Shown here: piece after piece, positions 18,637 through 27,383 of the stretch
Layout: each line of letters begins with the position of its first letter
Numbering within the stretch: position 1 is the stretch's first letter
NCBI GenBank assembly: GCA_030639665.1
Contig: DAOWCC010000002.1
Location: 1 to 37,605 of the forward strand
Length of the DNA stretch: 37,605 nucleotides
Source of the DNA: Elusimicrobiota bacterium
Lineage (GTDB): Bacteria > Elusimicrobiota > Elusimicrobia > Elusimicrobiales > UBA9959
Direction of reading: 5' to 3'
Notes under the pieces: generated by a model
Told to the model about the DNA's origin: nothing
Seen by the model: only the letters and a program-made list of their open reading frames with translations
Database searches by the model: none
Program-made: the position numbers and the translations under genes

Positions 18637-20025
18637 ATGAAAACTTTGATTCTCGCGCTTTCCATGTTTATCCCAATCGTAGGCTGGACAAACCCTTTCC
18701 CCGTTTCAAAGAATGCCGCGACAATTTCCCCTGAATTGTCTGGATTTATCGTACAATATGGCCCCGGCATGGGTCTTGGCATAAGCGCTCAAACCGGCAT
18801 ATTTCGGATTCAAGCCGGTTATAATAAAGAATCTAAAGCAGCCGCTCTTCCACCCTGCCTAATCTCGCATTTGGAAGATTTTGTGAGCGAACTTCCGAAA
18901 GAAAACATCGACCTTGGAATGGCCCTTATTCTCGGAGATTATTTATCTGTCAAAACACCTTCTCAGGATATTAACAAGTATCTTTCGGGAAACGGCACGA
19001 TGAATGTCCGCCTCAACAATACCGGACTCCGCCTCCTATCTGAATTATTGTTAAAAAAGGAAAATTGTGGGGAAATTGCGCCGGAGAATTTTGACACCGG
19101 AATCATTAAAGATATAAAAATTTCATCCGATACAGCCATGATAACTGACGAAAATTCCACCCGGTCATTGCGCTATTTAGAGACGATTCTATCCGACCCT
19201 GGAATCGCTTTTGAAGGAACGCGCAAAAACGAGGAAGAAGTCTGGTTGGACGGCAATACGGAAGAGGCCTCTCTCTATCAGGAATACAGAGTAAGCGGAG
19301 ACTCCGAATATTTGACCGCCTTTAACTCCAAACACCTGATTAAAACCAAACCGCCAAAACCGAAAAAAGAGGAGCCTCGCCGCGTCGTCAGAAGCGGATT
19401 TTGGGATGTGCGTTGGGCAAGACAGTGTTGGAAAGACATGGACATTCCCGTAGTGTCGGGCGTAATGGATTTTTTTGCCGGGATGGTACAATTCGCGCAG
19501 GATGACGGAGCCATTATCGGCTATGAAGGAATCACCTCGCCGAAAGGACGGAAAGCCGCGCTTGATTTTTTAGTAAACAGCTTTTGGATGGTGGCATCCG
19601 TTCCATCGGCATCAAAAGTTATAACCGGAGTGGCCGCCAATGTGGCCTCGAGTATATTCAAAGGCGGAAGCGCGGTCATTGGAAAATACAGAATAATATC
19701 CCGCTTTCATTCCGTTACCGGCGTAAATTATACGAATGCGGAACCCATATGGATAGGCGTGGAAAAAATTATAAAAGGTTCCGGCGCCGGCAAAGGAATA
19801 ATACATGTCGGGTTCGCCAAATTCCAAGCCGGAGCTCACATTGGTCTAAATTTCCTGGGAGAAACACATCTTTATCTTTCGCATGTCTATATAGGGGCAT
19901 TGAATATGACAATACCGAACGGGGTTATACGCGAACTCTGGAAATATTTTGACAACAAATCAAACACCGGAAACACACTTTCTTCCATGCCCGGAACTTT
20001 AGCGAAACAAAATCAATTATCGTGA
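18637..20025 (+). CDS. Secreted hypothetical protein
   Basis: Signal-peptide-like MKTLILALSMFIPIVGW if translation starts at ATG 18637 (the track ORF starts at 18610). No recognisable domain. Confidence 0.55.
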   Translation: MKTLILALSMFIPIVGWTNPFPVSKNAATISPELSGFIVQYGPGMGLGISAQTGIFRIQAGYNKESKAAALPPCLISHLEDFVSELPKENIDLGMALILGDYLSVKTPSQDINKYLSGNGTMNVRLNNTGLRLLSELLLKKENCGEIAPENFDTGIIKDIKISSDTAMITDENSTRSLRYLETILSDPGIAFEGTRKNEEEVWLDGNTEEASLYQEYRVSGDSEYLTAFNSKHLIKTKPPKPKKEEPRRVVRSGFWDVRWARQCWKDMDIPVVSGVMDFFAGMVQFAQDDGAIIGYEGITSPKGRKAALDFLVNSFWMVASVPSASKVITGVAANVASSIFKGGSAVIGKYRIISRFHSVTGVNYTNAEPIWIGVEKIIKGSGAGKGIIHVGFAKFQAGAHIGLNFLGETHLYLSHVYIGALNMTIPNGVIRELWKYFDNKSNTGNTLSSMPGTLAKQNQLS

Positions 20026-20184
20026 GCTTCCGAGTAAAAGACTTATTCAATAACAGTTTTTTATAAAGCAACAAAATAAACCTATCCTTTATTATTTCAT
20101 AAATCCCGCGTATATCAAGCTTGCCGGCCTTATGCAATAGTACTATAAAAAAATAGGTCCAAAGTCTGTAAAAACAACGGACTT

Positions 20185-20213
20185 TTGACTCATGCCCCTG
20201 CCAAACATATATA
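20185..20213 (+). promoter_or_regulatory. Sigma70-type promoter TTGACT-N17-TATATA
   Basis: Good hexamers with 17-nt spacing, about 55 nt upstream of ATG 20268, which carries an AAGGAGAG RBS. Confidence 0.5.
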
Positions 20214-20267
20214 TCAAACTATTTTATCGCAATATAACTTCTCAAAAAAAAAGGAGAGTACATAAGT

Positions 20268-20849
20268 ATGAAAAAAACAATGTGCATTATTACATTACTG
20301 ATAACGACGGCGGGATTCGTTTCGGCAAACAATCTTAACGAAACCGCTTTCTCAAAAGGCGCCCATTACACCGCCAACAACTGTGAGATATTTATAGACA
20401 AAATCAGCGCCAACAACAGTTCTCACGCATATAGAGGATTAAATATCTGGATAAAAACCATTAATTCCAGCCTGGATTCCGAAATCGCGGAAGTGGGTTT
20501 CCGCTATAAGAAAACGGGAATGGAATATTCATACGGCCCTATAGATACCGGATGGAAAGAGAAAAAACTAACTCCGCTTCTGGGAAGCAAGGATTATTTT
20601 ACACTCTCTATAGATATATCCAGTGGTTTCGGCTGGGCCGTGTATGAGGGAGCCTTCTATGTACGCACAAAAGCCGGAACAAACTATTGGTTCAAGCCGG
20701 CTGGCGGTGGTAATTTCGTCTTTGACGAGAACGCTTATAATAATATTGCCAATGCCATGGGAAATGTCGGTTACAGTAGTGGCGTCGACGCCGCATTACC
20801 GACACAAAGAGACGATTTAAACTATTATAACCCCGGAGTGTGTCATTAA
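20268..20849 (+). CDS. Secreted hypothetical protein (193 aa)
   Basis: Strong RBS. Signal peptide MKKTMCIITLLITTAGFVSA. No recognisable domain. Confidence 0.65.
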   Translation: MKKTMCIITLLITTAGFVSANNLNETAFSKGAHYTANNCEIFIDKISANNSSHAYRGLNIWIKTINSSLDSEIAEVGFRYKKTGMEYSYGPIDTGWKEKKLTPLLGSKDYFTLSIDISSGFGWAVYEGAFYVRTKAGTNYWFKPAGGGNFVFDENAYNNIANAMGNVGYSSGVDAALPTQRDDLNYYNPGVCH

Positions 20850-20853
20850 TTCA

Positions 20854-20876
20854 AAAATCCCCTTTAAGGGGATTTT
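20854..20876 (+). terminator. Stem-loop AAAATCCCC-tttaa-GGGGATTTT directly after the stop codon
   Basis: 9-bp stem. T-run forms part of and follows the 3' arm. Confidence 0.55.
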
Positions 20877-21035
20877 CAGAAGAGAACGACCGGAAGTTTT
20901 TAAATCCGGTCGTATCCGGTGGCAAAGCAACAATCCGTCCTAAAGCCAATTGCCGTTATCCTTAACAATAAAGACTGCCGATATTGTAAAGGTAAGCAAA
21001 CCAACGGAACTACAGTTTAACATCAAACAAATTAA

Positions 21036-21066
21036 ACTTCCGGCAACCTTGCGGGTTGCCGGAAGT
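21036..21066. other. Strong GC-rich hairpin ACTTCCGGCAACC-ttgcg-GGTTGCCGGAAGT in a 370-nt noncoding gap
   Basis: 13-bp perfect stem, flanked by T-rich sequence on the minus-strand side (TTAATTTGTTTG) and by ATTTGT on the plus side. Confidence 0.5.
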
Positions 21067-21249
21067 ATTTGTAAAAGATGCCAAATAATTGCCGACAAAC
21101 ATCCTTAAATGCTAAATTAATCTTGCCCCGTTAGAGGTATATAAGCAAAAGTTTTATCTAAACTGCCGAAAACGAGGAAAGTTCCAACGATTTATAATAA
21201 CTTCAAAGACTATGCGTCCCGCTGAGGGACTATCTCTAATGGGGTATCA

Positions 21250-22164
21250 ATGAAACCAATCCGCTTCTTAGTTTTACTCTCAATATTTTCTCTCTTGTTT
21301 GCCGGAAACTCATTTTCCGAAGAAAAAGCCACCACTTTTGAACTTCAGCTTGACCCCTATTATTCCGCCATAGGCGTTTACAATAGCTTAACGGGAAAAC
21401 CCATTCCTCATTTAAAAGGAAAATCGGAAACCGAAATTTACAAAAGATTGCTTTCAAAGTTTTATATGCCGAGAACCTTAATATTGGAAGCCAGCATCAA
21501 TCCCCTTCCTTATGGCGGCACTCTGATAAGAAAACACAATAAAAGATTCTATGATGATACGCAGGTCTCAGAAAGCCTTAATTTGGTGAAATCCGTAACT
21601 GCCGGATTTGAAGAGCCCTGGGCATTTTCAATCTTTCTTGGCAATGTGGTTTCTTTCGATTCCATAAAAAGCGATTTTCTGGGAAAAAGAAAAGGTTATT
21701 CCGGCCTATTGCTCGACCTTGGAAATAAGCATATAAAAGACAATGTTCTTATTGATGATAATTGGGCGCAAATGGAATTAAAACTTAAAGGAGAACAAAT
21801 ACTTAAAGACCGCAGTTTAACCTGGAGTTTCAGAGTAGGCTCAAAATTTCATGAACATAAAGACATATCGGATTCTTTTTTTCTGGGTTTCCGTCGCAGC
21901 CGAACCGACTTTAAGCAATCCGGCAATTTCTGGATGAATAATAGCGGCTTTACATATGCTTCTTATTTTTCTCAAACCAATTTTAAACCCATTAAACATA
22001 TCTTTATCGTGGATAAAAAATTTCCGTTTAAAAAATCGAGGAAAGCGTTTTGTCTCGGCCTGGGGTTTGTATGGGAATCCAATAATAAATATTCAGGAAA
22101 CCTCGCCGCTCAAGATTCTTCCCCCAACTTCCAGTTCCTTATCAGACCCAATCTGGAATTCTAA
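21250..22164 (+). CDS. Outer-membrane/secreted hypothetical protein (possible beta-barrel)
   Basis: Signal peptide MKPIRFLVLLSIFSLLFAGNSFS. Alternating-hydrophobicity segments. C-terminal ...RPNLEF ends in Phe, as in many OMPs. Confidence 0.6.
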   Translation: MKPIRFLVLLSIFSLLFAGNSFSEEKATTFELQLDPYYSAIGVYNSLTGKPIPHLKGKSETEIYKRLLSKFYMPRTLILEASINPLPYGGTLIRKHNKRFYDDTQVSESLNLVKSVTAGFEEPWAFSIFLGNVVSFDSIKSDFLGKRKGYSGLLLDLGNKHIKDNVLIDDNWAQMELKLKGEQILKDRSLTWSFRVGSKFHEHKDISDSFFLGFRRSRTDFKQSGNFWMNNSGFTYASYFSQTNFKPIKHIFIVDKKFPFKKSRKAFCLGLGFVWESNNKYSGNLAAQDSSPNFQFLIRPNLEF

Positions 22165-22180
22165 AAACTTTAAACTATAT

Positions 22181-22429
22181 CGGCAAAGTTTTTACGCTCA
22201 CTAAACTATGCGGGATAGCAGGTATATTTACACGCATGACCAAGGTCGCTTAGTACTGCGCCTTTCCGTATCTCAGCCTCCAAGTAAGCCCAAGTCGGCT
22301 TCCGAACGGCCATGCTTAGCAAACACACCTACTATCCCATTGCCTCATTTATTATTTGATTCTTTATTAAGAAATCCCAACCCCAATTAAGATAAACCTG
22401 AATTACCCAACCCTGCATAAGGAGAACCT
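22181..22429 (-). repeat. GC-rich noncoding element, copy A (sense on the minus strand), immediately 3' of the 197-aa orphan ORF
   Basis: Read on the minus strand: CCTTATGCAGGGTTGGGTAATTCAGGTTTATCTTAATTGGGGTTGGG ... GGCGCAGTACTAAGCGACCTTGGTCATGCGTGTAAATATACCTGC ... AAAAACTTTGCC. Aligns block by block with copy B on the plus strand. Confidence 0.85.
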
Positions 22430-23023
22430 TTATAAATTACCTTCACGAATTTCAGAACGAACAAAAGCATTATAAGTAGTATATTGCTTCGATTTGGCTT
22501 CTATATTAATTACTCCAATTTTTTTTCTATATTCATCAACACGACCTCGTAATTCATTAGGTAATGGTCTATCATCCCCAGACACATGTTTTTCGTTATT
22601 TGGATCACCATACATTGGAAACATTTTTCTAACTTTAATCATCGCTTCATCTGAATTTAATCCCTCTTTCTTAAAAGTTTCAAAACTAGCAAAACGAAAA
22701 ATATCTTCTGACCAAAAAACCATCCTTCTCTGTAAATCATTTAAATTCCAAAATTCTCGTATATCATCATCTGTAGCTTTTTCCTTTCGTGCTCTATCCA
22801 CAATTTTTCTAGAATTTGAATTACCATTTACTGCTTCTCGCAACAATAAATCACCATAATTTTCAGGAAGATTATTAGTGCCTTCTTTCAATGCCTGTTT
22901 TTTAGAAACTTTAATTCCCATTCTTGTTAATTCTTGAGCTTTTTCTAATGTCATACCACAAACCCGAGACATCATTTGAGAATACATTTCTTCTAACTCT
23001 TTTTCAATATCGGAGTTATTCAT
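22430..23023 (-). CDS. Orphan hypothetical protein (197 aa)
   Basis: Clean ORF with an AAAGG RBS region. No motif I can assign. Flanked by inverted copies A and B. Confidence 0.6.
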   Translation of the reverse strand: MNNSDIEKELEEMYSQMMSRVCGMTLEKAQELTRMGIKVSKKQALKEGTNNLPENYGDLLLREAVNGNSNSRKIVDRARKEKATDDDIREFWNLNDLQRRMVFWSEDIFRFASFETFKKEGLNSDEAMIKVRKMFPMYGDPNNEKHVSGDDRPLPNELRGRVDEYRKKIGVINIEAKSKQYTTYNAFVRSEIREGNL

Positions 23024-23073
23024 TTTTTATTTACCTTTATGTGTATCTATTTTATTTTTTAGTTCTCCCTAGG

Positions 23074-23104
23074 AACAATATATCAAATTCCATCAGACAT
23101 TACC
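23074..23104 (-). promoter_or_regulatory. Conserved promoter-like box (minus strand GGTAATGTCTGATGGAATTTGATATATTGTT, extended -10 TGATATATT)
   Basis: Near-identical boxes at 35809-35840 and 35321-35353. Each lies about 40-60 nt upstream of an orphan ORF start. Confidence 0.55.
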
Positions 23105-23538
23105 TTATGTCGGGTGGGTCCGCCCTTTCTGGGCGAGATCTCGCCAATGGCAGTTGCCAATGGCGGATAATTCGGCTGTACCTTAATTTGGGTTGGGCGG
23201 GAACTATTCTCTGAAAAAAGTTAAAGAGGTTGGTAAATATTAAGCGGGTGGCAGTAAGATTTGCCGAGCAGGGATGTTCGGAACCCGACTTATAACATGC
23301 AGGAGGGTGGGTGGACTGGGCTTTCAAAGGACTGCTACGGACACAAGTTCTCGAGTTGCTATCTTGCAGTGAGACGAAAGGGCGCAGTACTAAGCGACCC
23401 TGGTCTTGCATGTAAATACACCTGCCATGACTCAATAAACTGTGTAGACCCCGGTCCCAAAGGTAAATATCGAAAAACCTCTAATCACTGAAGAAAATTT
23501 ACTAACAGAACCCGCCCTAACCAAAACCTTTGCCAGCC
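23103..23538 (+). repeat. GC-rich noncoding element, copy B (sense on the plus strand), the longest copy
   Basis: Shares its 5' blocks with A and C (CCTTATG, TAATTC, CTTAATTTGGGTTGGGCGGGA, GGCAGTAAGATTT). Shares the 19-mer GGCGCAGTACTAAGCGACC with A and the 18-mer GGTCCCAAAGGTAAATAT with C. Confidence 0.85.
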
Positions 23539-23553
23539 TAATCTCAGTAAACA

Positions 23554-23590
23554 TAAAAAAAGCGGCCAAATTATATTTGAGCCGCTTTTT
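23554..23590 (-). terminator. Rho-independent terminator of the atp operon (bidirectional hairpin)
   Basis: AGCGGC-N14-GCCGCT stem, flanked by an A-run and a T-run. On the minus strand the stem is followed by TTTTTTT. Confidence 0.75.
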
Positions 23591-23656
23591 GATTTTAAAA
23601 CTATCTCACAATTTTTTAGCTGCCAAGCTGCCAAACTGTCGAGCTGATTACTGATG

Positions 23657-24088
23657 TTACTTCTTTCTTCGACGCTGCTTGCCTTTTATTTCCAAGGCTT
23701 TGATTCTCAATGAACTGCGTCTTAACGCGGCATTAGCGGCATCCAAATCTATGTCCGCGCCTTTCGCCAAAAGAGCATCTTTAGCTTTTTGATATTCCTG
23801 GCGGGCTGTTTCCTCATCTATTTCTTTTGTAAGCTCCGCGCCCTCGGCAAGAACTATAACTTTATTTTTATCAACTTGCGCGAAACCACCCAAAATGGCA
23901 AACATCTCTTCTCCCTCTTCAGAGGAATATCTCAAAAAACCGTCTTTAAGCTGAACAACAAATGAAATATGACCTGGCAATATTCCCATCTCGCCTTCGG
24001 ATGCGGGAAGAGCGACAAAATCAACTTTCCCCTCAGAAAGATAAACCTTTTCAGGAGTCACTATGCTTAATATTATTTTTTCTTTCAT
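23657..24088 (-). CDS. atpC: F1 ATP synthase subunit epsilon
   Basis: N-terminal beta-sandwich motif (VTPEK...ALPASEGEMGILPGH) and operon position after atpD. Confidence 0.9.
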   Translation of the reverse strand: MKEKIILSIVTPEKVYLSEGKVDFVALPASEGEMGILPGHISFVVQLKDGFLRYSSEEGEEMFAILGGFAQVDKNKVIVLAEGAELTKEIDEETARQEYQKAKDALLAKGADIDLDAANAALRRSSLRIKALEIKGKQRRRKK

Positions 24089-24102
24089 AATTTCAGCTCA
24101 AA

Positions 24103-25551
<1,449 letters not shown>

Positions 25552-25558
25552 CTATGCC

Positions 25559-26461
25559 CTATCCTTCGAGCGCTCCCGCTCCGGCCACGATTTCATTAAG
25601 TTCCGTGGTTATCATGGTTTGCCTGGTTTTATTGAGTTTAAGGGTTAAATCCTCAATAATATCGGAAGCATTTCCACTGGCAGCCTCCATGGCATTCATT
25701 CTGGCCGCGAGTTCCGCGGCTTGAGACTCAAGTAAAATTTTAAAAATCTGAGCTTTTATATATCTCGGCAGAAGAGAGGACAAGAGTAATTCCTTTGCCG
25801 GTTCAAAATCAAAATCACTAAATTTATTTTTAGCCGCTTCATCGCCGGTTTTCATAAAATGGCGCTTAAGAGGAAGAAACTTATTGCGAATTATTTCCTG
25901 CGACATCATGGATTTAAATCTATTATAAATGATGGTTACGCTATCGGCTTCTTTTTCATAAAGTTTAAAAAGATTGTCCGTCACAAGTTTTGCATGAGCA
26001 TAACTGGCTTTGGGAAAAATTCCAACCAATTCATAGGCTATGGATAAATTCAAGCCCTTTAGCCTCTTGAAAAAATCCCGTCCTTTTCTGCCCACAGCTA
26101 TAACTTTAATCTCTCTGTCTTTATTCTCTTTCAGCCAAATAACGGCGCGCTTGAGAACATTAACATTAAAAGAGCCGCAAAGGCCTTTATCCGAAGTTAT
26201 AACTATAAGAACACTTACATTGGATTCTTCATGTTTTTCAAACAATTTGAAAGCGGGAGAATGTCTAAAATCTTCTTCGCCCATTTCCGTATATAAATTT
26301 TTTATGGCCTCTTCCATTTTATCGGCGAAAGGCCGGGAATTCAGAATTTTATTCTGCGCCTTTTTAATACGCGCGGCCGCGACCATTTTCATGGCATAAG
26401 TTATCTGCTTTATGCTTTTAACGGATGAAATATGTCTTCGTATATCTCTTAAAGATGCCAT
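25559..26461 (-). CDS. atpG: F1 ATP synthase subunit gamma
   Basis: N-terminus MASLRDIRRHISSVKSIKQITYAMKMVAAARIKKAQ and C-terminus ITTELNEIVAGAGAL are typical of gamma. Confidence 0.95.
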   Translation of the reverse strand: MASLRDIRRHISSVKSIKQITYAMKMVAAARIKKAQNKILNSRPFADKMEEAIKNLYTEMGEEDFRHSPAFKLFEKHEESNVSVLIVITSDKGLCGSFNVNVLKRAVIWLKENKDREIKVIAVGRKGRDFFKRLKGLNLSIAYELVGIFPKASYAHAKLVTDNLFKLYEKEADSVTIIYNRFKSMMSQEIIRNKFLPLKRHFMKTGDEAAKNKFSDFDFEPAKELLLSSLLPRYIKAQIFKILLESQAAELAARMNAMEAASGNASDIIEDLTLKLNKTRQTMITTELNEIVAGAGALEG

Positions 26462-26464
26462 GTT

Positions 26465-27382
26465 TTATTTTTCACCTTCCAAGGTTTTAACATAATCTTT
26501 AATTCCGCATTCAATATCCCATTCGGGGCGATAATTAATATGAGCTTTCGCCTGCCTTAAATCGGCTTGCGTTTTATTCTGATAAAAATCATAAGGATTA
26601 TCAAAATATTCGGGAGCCAAATCTTTTCCCATGGCGGAATTTAAACATTCTATGACTTTATTGAAATTCTCAGGCTTTCCCGAAGCGGCATTGCAAATGC
26701 AAAATTTTCCGGCGTCAAGAGCGTTTAAATTGGCCCTGACAATATCCTTAACATAAACAAAATCTCTCATCTGTTCGCCGAATTTGAAAATTCTGGGCCG
26801 TTTGTTTTCTTTCATTTGAAGATAAAGCTGATACATCATGCTGGCAAACTTGCCTTTATGAAATTCTCTAGGGCCATAAACATTAAAATATCTCAAACCC
26901 ACAAGCGAAACATCTTTATGGCTCTCGGCAAATTGCGCCGCCACATTATCCATAATAACTTTTGAAAAACCGTAGACATTTTCAGGCGTTAAATCCTGGT
27001 CTTCATGCATGGGACAATTGCCATTGCCGTAAACCGCCGCCGAAGAGGCATAAACTATGGTTTTTATATCGTATCTGAGAGCATAGTTTAAAACGCTTCT
27101 AAAACCGTCAACATTTATTCTCATCATTTCTTTCTGGTCCATCACCGTGGTATCGGTTATGGCCGCTTCATGAAAGATAGCGTCGACTTTTCCGGCTTTT
27201 TCATGCCAAGAGTCATTTACGATATCATCGGCAATAATATCGCCTTTAAAGCCGATAAGGTTTTTAAAATCTCCCGATGAAAAATTATCAACAATAACAA
27301 CTTTGGCCTTTCTCTCCTCTTCAAGAGCGAAAGCTATATTGCTGCCTATAAATCCGGCTCCGCCGGTTACAAGATATCGCAT
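26465..27382 (-). CDS. hldD: ADP-L-glycero-D-manno-heptose 6-epimerase (extended SDR)
   Basis: TGGAGFIGSN, YASSAAVYG, YGFSK, and the HldD-typical RYFNVYGPREFHKGKFASM. Sits 1 nt after the atpA stop and 3 nt before the atpG start. Confidence 0.8.
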   Translation of the reverse strand: MRYLVTGGAGFIGSNIAFALEEERKAKVVIVDNFSSGDFKNLIGFKGDIIADDIVNDSWHEKAGKVDAIFHEAAITDTTVMDQKEMMRINVDGFRSVLNYALRYDIKTIVYASSAAVYGNGNCPMHEDQDLTPENVYGFSKVIMDNVAAQFAESHKDVSLVGLRYFNVYGPREFHKGKFASMMYQLYLQMKENKRPRIFKFGEQMRDFVYVKDIVRANLNALDAGKFCICNAASGKPENFNKVIECLNSAMGKDLAPEYFDNPYDFYQNKTQADLRQAKAHINYRPEWDIECGIKDYVKTLEGEK

Positions 27383-27383
27383 A

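Noticed and set aside
22208-22390. 60-aa ORF (plus strand) inside element copy A, similar at its N-terminus (..IY..DQGRLVLR..) to the 111-aa ORF at 23100-23435 (minus strand) inside copy B
   Set aside because: The similarity tracks nucleotide identity with no third-position bias. The reading frame relative to the conserved CCCAACCC block differs between copies. Copy C has the frame open but has no start codon. The composition (Ser/Pro/Arg/Leu-rich) is what a GC-rich noncoding translation gives. I treat it as a noncoding element.
22381-22412. Integron attC-like core sites: ACCCAAC (RYYYAAC) left of the 197-aa ORF and GTTGGGC (GTTRRRY, 23192-23198) to its right; similar cores near the 107-aa ORF
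   Set aside because: The inverse-core and core motifs are separated by the whole ORF (about 790 bp) instead of forming a 60-150-nt attC downstream of it. The elements are much longer than attC sites. No intI or attI is in the window. The match is to a degenerate 7-mer only.
23187-23201. G-tract runs (GGGTTGGGCGGG, GGGTTGGGAGGG, GGGTGGGTGG) as potential G-quadruplexes
   Set aside because: Each locus has only three closely spaced GGG tracts, and a canonical intramolecular G4 needs four. Kept only as part of the conserved element description.
23279-23293. CGGAACCCGACTTAT resembles the RNase P RNA P4 3' strand (ACAGAACCCGGCUUA)
   Set aside because: The other universally conserved RNase P block (GGAAAGUCCGGGC) is absent. 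The segment is not conserved in copy C. A housekeeping RNA would not be present in several divergent copies.
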